This document shows, piece after piece, positions 17,818 to 29,082 of a DNA stretch of 64,000 bases. A program made the translations under genes and the position numbers. Location: the NCBI GenBank assembly GCA_965221075.1, contig OZ244865.1, positions 2,052,043 through 2,116,042 of the forward strand, written 5' to 3'. Under the pieces are notes generated by a model. The model saw only the letters and a list, made by a program, of their open reading frames with translations. It made no database searches and was not told the origin of the DNA. This DNA comes from Limisphaerales bacterium. Its GTDB lineage: Bacteria > Verrucomicrobiota > Verrucomicrobiia > Limisphaerales > AAA164-E04. Within the stretch, counting starts at the first letter, position 1. Each line of letters starts with the position of its first letter.

Positions 17818-18672
17818 ATGCTTCCTCCCCGTTTGCGGCCGATCCTCCCGGCGCCACTTCTTCCTGTCTCCCCCGAGGGCCTTGCCCTACCCTCCGAGGG
17901 GCCGACGGCCGGTCCAAGGGCGATGATCGACAAGCGCCAGATCCGCAGGAACCTGCTGCTCCGCCACCTGGAGAGCCCCTGGGTCCTGGTTCCCTTCGTG
18001 CTGGGGGCCTCCTCTCTCGCCGCGGCCCTGGCGCTGGACGGAAGGTCCGCCGCCCTGGCCGCCTTCGCCGGCATCGCCGGGCTGGCCGCCTCGGCCGGCC
18101 TCTTCCTGACACGCCTGCTGCTCCAGGACGACGCCGAGGCCTCCCGGGTGATCCAGGATCTGGAGGAGCAGGAGATCGCGCAGCGGGAGCAGGAGCTGGA
18201 CCGGCTGGAGGGCGAGCTGGAGAGCTCGGACGACGATCCGCGCCCCGAGAAGGCCCTCCGGGACCTGCGCTCGCTGGTCGGAGCCTTCCGGGACTCCATC
18301 CACACCGCTCCCTCCCACCACCTCTCCACGGTGGTCGACATCCACGGCCAGGTGATGCAGCTTTTCAACCACTCGGTCCAGCTGCTGGCCCAGACCATCC
18401 ACCTGTGGAGGACGGCCGGCTCGCTCTCCACCGACGCGGCCAGGAGCCCGATCCTGGAGCGCCGCGAATCGATCATCTCCGAGATCGAGAGCGGCGTGAG
18501 GCAGCTGAGCCACGCCCTGGTGCGCCTCAAGGAGCTGGAGGCGGGCCAGGCGGCCGGCGAGCGCCTGCAGCGCATGCGGGAGGAGCTGGATCAGAGCCTC
18601 TCGGTGGCCCGCTCGGTGGAGGAGCGGGTCAGCGGCTGGGTGGAGGAGGTCCGAGTCCGCTCCCCCCGCTGA
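17818..18672 (+). CDS. Two-TM membrane protein with long cytoplasmic coiled coil (unknown family)
   Basis: ATG 17818 lies 1 nt after the upstream stop; an alternative ATG is at 17923 (MIDKRQIRRN). Two hydrophobic helices (WVLVPFVLGASSLAAALAL, AALAAFAGIAGLAASAGLFLTRLLL) are followed by heptad-rich acidic segments (EEQEIAQREQELDRLEGELE ...). Confidence 0.6.
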   Translation: MLPPRLRPILPAPLLPVSPEGLALPSEGPTAGPRAMIDKRQIRRNLLLRHLESPWVLVPFVLGASSLAAALALDGRSAALAAFAGIAGLAASAGLFLTRLLLQDDAEASRVIQDLEEQEIAQREQELDRLEGELESSDDDPRPEKALRDLRSLVGAFRDSIHTAPSHHLSTVVDIHGQVMQLFNHSVQLLAQTIHLWRTAGSLSTDAARSPILERRESIISEIESGVRQLSHALVRLKELEAGQAAGERLQRMREELDQSLSVARSVEERVSGWVEEVRVRSPR

Positions 18673-18729
18673 CCGGCCTCCAGGACTTCCCGGAGACAGA
18701 ACCCGCATCGACAGCGAAAGGACCCAGAC

Positions 18730-19557
18730 ATGTTCAAGGCCCTAGGCAGATGGATCAAGGCGGTCGGATACCTGCTGACCGGCAAGGTGGACTCGGCCCG
18801 CCGGATCCTGGACTCCAACCCCCATGTGATCCAGGCCAAGTACGACGAGATCATCGAGGAGAAGGTCTCCCGTATCCACCAGTACAAGCAGGCGGTCTCG
18901 GGCCTGCTGGCCCAGGAGGAGTCGAAGCTGGCCCGCATCCGGCAGCTGACCGAGGAGACCTCCAACCTGGAGCGCCTCAAGGCCGGGGCCCTGGCCAAGG
19001 CCAAGCAGTCGGTGGCCAAGCTGCGCTCCGAGGGCAAGTCCAAGGAGGAGATCCACGCCGACGAGGACTACAAGAAGTGCCAGGCCGCCTTCCAGCAGTT
19101 CTCCGCCACCCTGGCCGAGAAGCAGCAGCACATCGAGGAGCTGGAGGGCGACGTGGAGAACTACGCCAAGAACATCGCCGACCACAAGGTGCAGCTGCAG
19201 CAGCTGATCCGCGAGGTCGACAAGCTGCGAGACGAGAAGTCGGACGCGGTGGCCGAGGTCATCTCGGCCAAGCACGAGAAGGAGATCGCCGACACCTTCG
19301 CCAGCATCGCCCAGGACGGCACCACCGAGGAGCTGCAGTCCCTGAGGAAGATCCGCCAGGAGATCAAGGCCGAGGCCCGGATCTCCTCGGAGATCGCGGG
19401 CACCGACACCAAGGCCCAGCAGGCGGAGTTCCTGGAGTACGCCCGCACCTCGCAGTCGTCCTCGGAGTTCGACTCATTGCTGGGGCTGGACGAGGACGCC
19501 CCCAAGGACGCTCCCGAGGAGAAGGACAAGAAGGAGCGGACCTCGCTCCCCGAATAG
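18730..19557 (+). CDS. PspA/IM30/Vipp1-family (ESCRT-III-like) protein
   Basis: 275 aa. N-terminal amphipathic helix MFKALGRWIKAVGYLL, then VDSARRILDSNPHVIQAKYDEIIEEKVSRIHQYKQAVSGLLAQ, which parallels the PspA pattern (ekAEDP..l..qi.em...l......a). Continuous coiled coil and an acidic C-terminal tail. Confidence 0.75.
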   Translation: MFKALGRWIKAVGYLLTGKVDSARRILDSNPHVIQAKYDEIIEEKVSRIHQYKQAVSGLLAQEESKLARIRQLTEETSNLERLKAGALAKAKQSVAKLRSEGKSKEEIHADEDYKKCQAAFQQFSATLAEKQQHIEELEGDVENYAKNIADHKVQLQQLIREVDKLRDEKSDAVAEVISAKHEKEIADTFASIAQDGTTEELQSLRKIRQEIKAEARISSEIAGTDTKAQQAEFLEYARTSQSSSEFDSLLGLDEDAPKDAPEEKDKKERTSLPE

Positions 19558-19579
19558 GACCGAGAAAGACCCCGCCTAG

Positions 19580-20650
19580 ATGAAAGAACACGCCTGGCTT
19601 GCACGCATCCTGCTCCCGCCCCTCCTCTTCCTGGCGCTGCCGGGCTGCGGCTCCGGCGGAAGGGAGCCCCTTCCGGTCTTCACCCTGGCATGGAGCGAGT
19701 ATCCTTCCTGGAGCGTCTTCGGGGTGGCGGACGACATCGGCCTGATCGACAAGGAGGAGGGGGCTCTGGGCAGCCTCGAGGAGAAGTGGGAGGTCGACAT
19801 AGTCCTGCGCCAGGCGGACTACGAGACCTGCATCACCGTCTTTGCGGCCCGCCAGGCGGACGCCGCCTGCCTGACCAACATGGACGCGCTGGCGCCGGCG
19901 CTCTCTCGCCCCTCGGCCATCGTCCTGCCCACCTCCACCAGCCACGGGGCCGACGCCTGCCTCGTGACCGACGCCATCGGGAGCGTTACCGACCTGAAGG
20001 GGAAGAAGGTGTACGGACTGGACAAGTCGGTCTCCGAGTACTGCTTCGTGCGGAACCTGGAGATCCTGGGGGAGAAGGAGTCGGACTACGCCTTCACCAG
20101 CATGTCGCCGGACAACGCCGCCACGGCCATGCTGCAGGAGCAGGAGTCGGTGGAGGCCATCGTGGTATGGAACCCCTTCGTCGTCAACATCCTCCGGAAC
20201 CGCTCCGACGTCAGAGTGCTCTTCGACTCGACCCAGATCCCCGAGGAGATCATCGACGCCGTCGTGGTGGGGCAGGACTCCCTGGCCAGGCCCGGTGGCG
20301 AGGCCTTCGCCTGCGCCGTGATCGACGCCTTCTACGAGATCAGCCGGCGCATCGACGATCCCCAGACCGCGGACCAGACCCTGATCGCCATCGGAGAGAA
20401 GTTCGCCGACCTGGATCTGGACACCATGAGGACCATCGTGGAGCAGACCAGCTTCTACTCCACTCCGGACCAGGGGATGGAGATCCTGGCCGAGGAGAAG
20501 CTGTCCCCGATCATGGAGAGGGTGGTCCGCTTCTGCCTCGGCCACCAGATGATCGACGAGGAGCCGCAGCTGGGCTACGGTAGCGCGTCCCAGGCGGCGC
20601 TGCGCTTCGACTCCTCCTACATCGGGAAGGTCGCTTCCCAGTCTCCCTGA
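19580..20650 (+). CDS. ABC transporter substrate-binding lipoprotein (NitT/TauT / NMT1-like)
   Basis: 356 aa. Lipobox LFLALPGCGSG. Two-lobe SBP pattern (FTLAWSEYPSWSVF ... ADAACLTNMDAL ... KKVYGLDKSVSEY). Confidence 0.75.
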   Translation: MKEHAWLARILLPPLLFLALPGCGSGGREPLPVFTLAWSEYPSWSVFGVADDIGLIDKEEGALGSLEEKWEVDIVLRQADYETCITVFAARQADAACLTNMDALAPALSRPSAIVLPTSTSHGADACLVTDAIGSVTDLKGKKVYGLDKSVSEYCFVRNLEILGEKESDYAFTSMSPDNAATAMLQEQESVEAIVVWNPFVVNILRNRSDVRVLFDSTQIPEEIIDAVVVGQDSLARPGGEAFACAVIDAFYEISRRIDDPQTADQTLIAIGEKFADLDLDTMRTIVEQTSFYSTPDQGMEILAEEKLSPIMERVVRFCLGHQMIDEEPQLGYGSASQAALRFDSSYIGKVASQSP

Positions 20651-20664
20651 GCGCCGCCCTCCCG

Positions 20665-21621
20665 ATGATCCGCAAGCCGATCGGCGATCGCCGGAGGCTC
20701 GCCCTGGGGCTGCTCGGCATCCTGGCGGTCGTCGTCGGCTACACCCTGTTCTCGTCGATCTACCAGGCCTGGATCAACCCCGGCGACAAGATCGTCCTGG
20801 GATGGGGGCAGATCCTGGAGGGCGTCGGGAAGATCCTGGAGCCCCGGACTTCGGGGGGAGGCTGGGCGGCCGCCGACGACACCACTCCCGGATGGAGGCT
20901 GTACCTGTGGCATGTCGTGCATCGCGGATCCGAAATCGCCATGCAAGACCCTGCCACTGCCGCATGGAGGGCATTCCTGTGGCCCCTCTGCGGGATCCTG
21001 GCCTCGCTGGGGGATAGCTGGCTGGCCACCGACGCCCTGGCCACCGGATGGAGGCTGTTCCTGGGGCTCTTCTACGGGATCCTGGCCTCGGTCCTGCTGG
21101 GGATCCACATGGGCTGCTTTCCCAGGTTCGAGGCGGTCCTCTATCCCCAGCTCACCTTCCTGGCCAAGATCCCCCCCACCGCGGCGATAGGGGTGTTCGT
21201 GATCATGGCGGGACTGGAGCTGGAGATGTACGTGGCGATGATAGCCTTCGGCATCGTGCCCACCATGACCCTGGGCATCTACCTGTCGGTGCGGGCCTTC
21301 CCCGACGAGCTCCTCTACAAGGCCTACACCCTGGGAGCCTCCCACACCGAGGTGGTCTGGTCCCTGATCTTCCGGTTCGTCCTCCCCAAGGTGCTGGAGA
21401 ACGTCCGCCTGATGATCGGCCCGGCCATGGTCTACCTGATCGCCGCCGAGTTCGCCCTGGCCGACGAGGGCTTCGGATACCGGATCCGCTTCATGAAGAA
21501 GGTCATCGGGATGGACGTGATCTACTGCTACCTCGTGCTGCTGGCGCTCTTCGGATTCTCCGTCGACTACGCCCTGAGGATGCTGGAGCGCAGGCTTTGC
21601 CCCTGGCACGCGAGGAAATGA
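20665..21621 (+). CDS. ABC transporter permease (BPD-type, NitT/TauT family) with Trp-rich N-terminal insert
   Basis: 318 aa with multiple TM helices. EAA-loop-like segment YTLGASHTEVVWSLIFRFVLPKVLENVRLMIGPAMVYLIAAEF. The stop overlaps the ATPase start (ATGA 21618-21621). Confidence 0.8.
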   Translation: MIRKPIGDRRRLALGLLGILAVVVGYTLFSSIYQAWINPGDKIVLGWGQILEGVGKILEPRTSGGGWAAADDTTPGWRLYLWHVVHRGSEIAMQDPATAAWRAFLWPLCGILASLGDSWLATDALATGWRLFLGLFYGILASVLLGIHMGCFPRFEAVLYPQLTFLAKIPPTAAIGVFVIMAGLELEMYVAMIAFGIVPTMTLGIYLSVRAFPDELLYKAYTLGASHTEVVWSLIFRFVLPKVLENVRLMIGPAMVYLIAAEFALADEGFGYRIRFMKKVIGMDVIYCYLVLLALFGFSVDYALRMLERRLCPWHARK

Positions 21622-22559
21622 GCGGACCCGGACCGGACCTCGCCCTGGAGTGCGAGGAGATATGCCACGGCTTCGGGGACAAGCCGGTGCTGCACGACGT
21701 CAGCTTCCGGGTGGAGAGCGGGCAGTTCCTCTCGCTGGTGGGGCCCAGCGGCTGCGGCAAGTCGACCCTGCTGAGGGCCGTCGTGGGCACGCATCCCTCC
21801 CGGGAGGGCCGGATCCTCGTCTGCACCGACCGCCTCAACGGGATCATGTCGCCGGTCCAGGGCCCGGGGCGCGACCGGGGCATCGTCTACCAGCACTACT
21901 CCCTGTTCCCCTTCCTGACCGCCCAGGAGAACGTGGCCCTGGGGCTGAAGCTGGACCGGAGCGGCTACTTCGGGCGCATCCTCCGCCCCATGGCCTGGAG
22001 GAGGATGCGCAGGGAGCACCTGCAGCTGGCCGCCGAGTACCTGGAGCGGGTGAGGCTGGGAGACGCTCTCGGGCTCTATCCCTACGAGATGTCGGGAGGG
22101 ATGCGGCAGAGGGTGGCCCTGGCACAGACCCTGATCATGCAGCCCGAGATCATCCTCCTCGACGAGCCCTTCGGGGCCCTCGACGAGTCCACCCGGGAAA
22201 GCCTGCAGCGCCTCCTGCTCGATCTCTACGACGAGAACCGGAAGGCCCGGAGCGGGGGGAAGCGCCCCCCCTACACCCTGATCATCGTCACCCACGAGCT
22301 CAACGAGGCTCTCTATGTCGGGGACCGGCTCATCGGCCTCTCGATGTACTGGGACTGGAAGGAGCGGGGGCACGCCTCCTGTCCGGGGGCCACGGTGGTC
22401 TACGACCGCCCCTCCCCGGTCTTCGAGCCCCACACTCCCCGCGACTTCGAGAGCTTCGAGCACCAGCGCGCCGAGCTCCTCTCGGCGGTGTTCGACGCCT
22501 CCCGGCTGGATCCTCCCGGAGAATCGATCACCTACTGGAAGGAACGAGACGCGCCATGA
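21618..22559 (+). CDS. ABC transporter ATP-binding protein (NitT/TauT family) with C-terminal extension
   Basis: ORF 21048..22559 trimmed to ATG 21618. Walker A LVGPSGCGKSTLL. Signature MSGGMRQRVALAQ. Walker B IILLDEPFGALD. H-loop IVTHE. About 80-aa tail beyond the ABC core. Confidence 0.88.
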   Translation: MSGPGPDLALECEEICHGFGDKPVLHDVSFRVESGQFLSLVGPSGCGKSTLLRAVVGTHPSREGRILVCTDRLNGIMSPVQGPGRDRGIVYQHYSLFPFLTAQENVALGLKLDRSGYFGRILRPMAWRRMRREHLQLAAEYLERVRLGDALGLYPYEMSGGMRQRVALAQTLIMQPEIILLDEPFGALDESTRESLQRLLLDLYDENRKARSGGKRPPYTLIIVTHELNEALYVGDRLIGLSMYWDWKERGHASCPGATVVYDRPSPVFEPHTPRDFESFEHQRAELLSAVFDASRLDPPGESITYWKERDAP

Positions 22560-24370
22560 GCAAAGAATTCCCCTCCTACCCCTTCCTGAGGGACGCCGGC
22601 CGGGTGATCAACTCGGGCCAGTCGCGCACCCTGGCGCTGACCGGGAACATCCACGACCTGTTCCTGGCCTACGGCCAGGAAGGGCAGGACTACGTCCCCC
22701 TGGTGGACTACCTCACCCACAGCTGGAACCTCCCCGGCATCGTGGTGGTGGTCTACGAGCTCAACGGCCCAATCCGCTTCTGCACCGAGGAGGGCTCAGC
22801 GTACATGCGCGACGCCTGGCTGCAGTGGCGCAGCGGCTACGACAGCAGCGAGCTGGCGATCCAGCAGATGACCGCCCGGGACCGGACCGCGGCCGACATC
22901 GAGCACATCGTCGGCACCTACGACGAGAGCCTGCGCAAGGCCCTCAACAACCCCACCCTGGCCCTGGAGCTACTGCGGCAGATGTGCCTCTGCTCGCGCA
23001 CCCGGATCAACGGGCAGCCGCTGATGGCCGACAACCTGATCGTGATCATCGAGAGCGCCGACATGATCCTTCCCGAGGCCCCGATCACCAGCCTGAGCGA
23101 CACCGATCGCCAGCGCATCGGGATCTGCCAAGACTGGTTCTCCGATCTGGGCTTCGTCAGCGGGGCGGACTCGGTGGTCCTGATCGCCGAGTCGCGCAGC
23201 CAGATCCACCACCGGGTGGCCACCCTGCCGCAGCTGCTGGAGATCGAGGTGCCCTCGCCCGTCCTGGAGACCCGGGAGCACTTCATCGGGTGGTACGCGG
23301 GATCCCTCCCCCCCGGCGCCGAGCTGCGCCTGTGGGGCAGCGTCGGGGAGCTGGCCCGCTTCACCGCCGGGCTTTCCCTGCACGCCCTGCTGCAGCTGCT
23401 CAAGCGGGCCACCCACGATCAGGAGCCCCTCGGCCAGGAGACGGTGATCGCCAAGGTGGAGTCCTATATCAAGAGCCAGCTGGGAGAGGACGTGGTGGAG
23501 TTCAAGAAGCCGCAGCAGACCCTCGACGACGTGGTCGGGTTCAGCCGCCTGAAGGCCTTCCTGCGGCGGGAGCTGATCCCCCGGTTCTCCACCACCGGAA
23601 GCGAGGCGCTGGCAGGGGCCGCGGTGGCGGGACCCATCGGCGGCGGCAAGACCTTCATCTTCGAGGCGCTGGCCACCGAGCTGAACATGGTGGTGCTGGT
23701 GATCAAGAACATCCGCAGCCAGTGGTTCGGCCAGACCGACGTCATCTTCGAGCGGCTGCGGCGGGTGCTCTACGCCCTCTCCAAGGTGCTCATCTTCATG
23801 GACGAGGCCGACACCCAGCTGGGCGGGGTGGGAGCCGACGCCCACCCCACCGAGCGCCGCCTGACCGGGCGCATCCAGGGCATGATGTCGGACCCGGGCC
23901 TGAGAGGGAGGGTGGCCTGGCTGCTGATCACCGCCCGCATCCACCTCCTCTCTCCCGATCTGCGGCGCCCCGGGCGCGCCGGCGACCTGATCATCCCGGT
24001 GCTGGATCCCGACGGGGAGGATCGCGAGGAGTTCGTCCGCTGGATGGCCGCCCCGGTGCTGGGCGAGGATCTGGACCAGTCCCGGCTCGAGCGCCTCAAG
24101 GAGGCGACCGGCTCCCATTCGGCCGCCGCCTTCGCCTCGCTGCGCTCCGAGCTCAGGGCCAAGGGAGGACGCCTCGGCTTCGAGGAGGTCCTGGAGATCA
24201 TCCGCGACCACATCCCTCCCGCCATCGCCAAGACCCGGCGATACCAGACCCTTCAGGCCCTCACCAACTGCACCCGCAGGAGCCTCCTTCCCGCCGGCGA
24301 GTCCCATGACAGCCGACGGGTGGAATGGGAGGAGGAGATGCTGCAGCTGGAGGCCAAGGGCATCCGGTAG
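22556..24370 (+). CDS. Classical-clade AAA+ ATPase with a large N-terminal region resembling a degenerate first AAA module
   Basis: ORF 21650..24370 trimmed to ATG 22556, which overlaps the upstream stop (ATGA). C-terminal module: Walker A AGPIGGGKTFIFEAL, Walker B VLIFMDEADTQ, second region of homology SPDLRRPGRAGDLIIPVLDPD. N-terminal half has P-loop-less look-alikes (SRTLALTGNIHDLF, LIVIIESADMILPE, VVLIAESRSQI). Confidence 0.8.
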   Translation: MSKEFPSYPFLRDAGRVINSGQSRTLALTGNIHDLFLAYGQEGQDYVPLVDYLTHSWNLPGIVVVVYELNGPIRFCTEEGSAYMRDAWLQWRSGYDSSELAIQQMTARDRTAADIEHIVGTYDESLRKALNNPTLALELLRQMCLCSRTRINGQPLMADNLIVIIESADMILPEAPITSLSDTDRQRIGICQDWFSDLGFVSGADSVVLIAESRSQIHHRVATLPQLLEIEVPSPVLETREHFIGWYAGSLPPGAELRLWGSVGELARFTAGLSLHALLQLLKRATHDQEPLGQETVIAKVESYIKSQLGEDVVEFKKPQQTLDDVVGFSRLKAFLRRELIPRFSTTGSEALAGAAVAGPIGGGKTFIFEALATELNMVVLVIKNIRSQWFGQTDVIFERLRRVLYALSKVLIFMDEADTQLGGVGADAHPTERRLTGRIQGMMSDPGLRGRVAWLLITARIHLLSPDLRRPGRAGDLIIPVLDPDGEDREEFVRWMAAPVLGEDLDQSRLERLKEATGSHSAAAFASLRSELRAKGGRLGFEEVLEIIRDHIPPAIAKTRRYQTLQALTNCTRRSLLPAGESHDSRRVEWEEEMLQLEAKGIR

Positions 24371-24406
24371 TCCGGAAGGGCGGTCCGGAAGCGCGCCGCC
24401 GGCGGC
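24371..24406. terminator. GC-rich hairpins between convergent AAA+ and ribBA genes (possible bidirectional terminator, no U-tract)
   Basis: TCCGGA-agggcgg-TCCGGA (a self-complementary hexamer pair, 24371-24389) and the 12-nt palindrome GCCGCCGGCGGC (24395-24406), within the 42-nt gap between the two stop codons. Confidence 0.2.
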
Positions 24407-24412
24407 CAGGCC

Positions 24413-25611
24413 CTACAGGCTGTGCCCCATCCGGGACTTCTTGGTCTCGAGGTACCTTTCGTTGTGGGGGTTGGAGGGCGTGGCGATGGGGATCTGCTCG
24501 ACGATCTCCAGGCCGTAGCCCTCGAGCCCGACCACCTTCCTGGGATTGTTGGTGAGCAGCCGGATCTTCCGGATTCCCAGGTCCCTGAGGATCTGGGCTC
24601 CAATGCCGTACTCGCGCAGGTCGGGCCTGTAGCCGAGCTTCCGGTTGGCCTCGACGGTGTCGTAGCCCTTCTCCTGCAGCCTGTAGGCCCGGATCTTGTC
24701 CGACAGGCCGATCCCCCTGCCCTCCTGCATCATGTAGAGGAGCAGGCCCTCCCCCTCCTGGGCGATGCGCTCCTGGGCCTGCTGCAGCTGCCCTCCGCAG
24801 TCGCAGCGCTGCGAGCCGAAGACGTCCCCGGTAAGGCACTGGCTGTGCACCCGGACCAGCGCCGGGCGGGCTCCCCCGGGCTCGCCCGCCACCAGGGCTA
24901 TGTGCTCGCCCCCGTCCACCCGGGACCGGTAGAGATGGAGCTTGAAGCCGCCCCGGCAGGTCGGCATGTCCACCGTCTCGATCCACTCCACCAGCTTCTC
25001 CCTGCGGCGCCGGTGCTCGATCAGGTTCTCGATGGAGCCGATCCCGAGCCCGTGGCGGCGGGCGAACTCCCTCAGCTCAGGCAGCCTCGCCATCCCCCCG
25101 TCGTCGTTCATGATCTCGCAGATCACCGCCGAGGGCCGGCAGCCCGCCAGACGGGCCAGATCCACGGCCGCCTCGGTATGGCCGGCCCGCTGCAGCACTC
25201 CCCCGTCGCGGGCCCGCAGGGGGAACACGTGTCCCGGCTGCACCAGATCGCTGCTCCGGGAGCGGGGATCGGCCATCACCCGGATGGTCTCGGCCCGGTC
25301 CGCGGCGCTGATCCCGGTGGCGATGTTCCTCGCCGCGTCGACGCTGATCTGGAAGTCGGTCCGGTAGGCGTCGCGGTTCCGGGAGACCATCTCCCCGATC
25401 CCCAGCTCCTGCAGGCGGTCCCGGGTCATGGGCGCGCAGATCAGCCCGCGCCCGAAGCGGGCCATGAAGTTGACCGAATCGGGGGTGACCTTCTCGGCCG
25501 CCATGATCAGGTCCCCCTCGTTCTCCCGGTCGGAGTCGTCGACCATCACCACCATCCTCCCGTCCCGGATCTCCCCGAGCAGGAAGTCCACCGGATCGAA
25601 GCCGTCCCGGG

Positions 25612-25615
<4 letters not shown>
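24413..25615 (-). CDS. ribBA: Bifunctional 3,4-dihydroxy-2-butanone-4-phosphate synthase / GTP cyclohydrolase II
   Basis: 400 aa. DHBP synthase motif [24 protein letters not shown] zinc motif [21 protein letters not shown]. The start overlaps the alaS stop by 4 nt. Confidence 0.92.
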
Positions 25616-28383
<2,768 letters not shown>

Positions 28384-28485
28384 GGCTCGGCTGGGGGCCC
28401 GTTTGGAAGGCGGTGGCGGCTCGGGAGGATGCACCGGATCAATGGCTAGGACGCCGTGACTGAAGATCGGAAGGAGGCCAGCCTC

Positions 28486-29082
28486 CTAGAGGCCAAGCCT
28501 TTCCATGGCCTGGGCGTGGCCCTGGTCGGCAGCCTCGCTCCACAAGCGCGCCGCCTCCGATCCGTTCCTGGGCAGGCCGATCCCGAGAGCGTGGAGAACG
28601 CCCAGTTCGTACTGGGCATTGGCGTCGCCCTGCCCGGCTGCCCTTCGCCACAGGCGCACAGCCTTTCCCAGATCCTGGGGAACTCCGTTTCCGGTGGCGT
28701 ACATCGATCCCATGAAGTACTGGGCCTGGGGATCCCCCTGCTCCGCTGCTCTCCCGTACCAATGCGCCGCCTCCCCGAAATCCTGGGCGACCCCCTGTTC
28801 CCCGGTGTCGTACATCAGCCCCAGCATGGTCTGGGCCTCCACATGCCCCCCTTTCGCGGATCTGAGGAACCAGCGCAGGGCCTCGCCGTCGTCCTGACGG
28901 GCTCCTTTCCCCATGGAGTGCCTCAGTCCCAGGACGTACTGGGCCTCGGGATCCCCTTCCTCCGCAGCCTCTCTCGCGGGATCGAGAGCGCAGCCGGCCG
29001 AAGCGGCCAGCAGGATCGCGGCGACAAGCTGCGCTGCCCATCCGCCCCGGAGGGGCGCCATTGGGAATCGTCTCCGCGTCAT
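28486..29082 (-). CDS. Sel1-repeat (TPR-like) lipoprotein
   Basis: ORF 28486..29463 trimmed to ATG 29082, because the upstream part reads through tRNA-Ala. Lipobox LLAASAGC. Four to five Sel1 units (GDPEAQYVLGLRHSMGKGARQD, GHVEAQTMLGLMYDTGEQGVAQD, GDPQAQYFMGSMYATGNGVPQD, GDANAQYELGVLHALGIGLPRN). Confidence 0.8.
   Translation of the reverse strand: MTRRRFPMAPLRGGWAAQLVAAILLAASAGCALDPAREAAEEGDPEAQYVLGLRHSMGKGARQDDGEALRWFLRSAKGGHVEAQTMLGLMYDTGEQGVAQDFGEAAHWYGRAAEQGDPQAQYFMGSMYATGNGVPQDLGKAVRLWRRAAGQGDANAQYELGVLHALGIGLPRNGSEAARLWSEAADQGHAQAMERLGL

Noticed and set aside
13536-18575. Long alternative-frame and antisense ORFs over the PspA operon (13536..15974 plus strand, 14356..16311 minus strand, 15897..18575 minus strand, 16316..17926 plus strand)
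   Set aside because: They show low-complexity Arg/Pro/Gly translations. The chosen frames have signal peptides, MIDAS, OmpA-like and coiled-coil features plus start/stop coupling.
21650-22555. N-terminal 302 codons of ORF 21650..24370 and N-terminal 190 codons of ORF 21048..22559
   Set aside because: These upstream extensions overlap the permease/ATPase coding frames and translate to Arg/Pro/Gly-rich sequence. The real starts are the ATGs that overlap the preceding stop codons (22556 and 21618).
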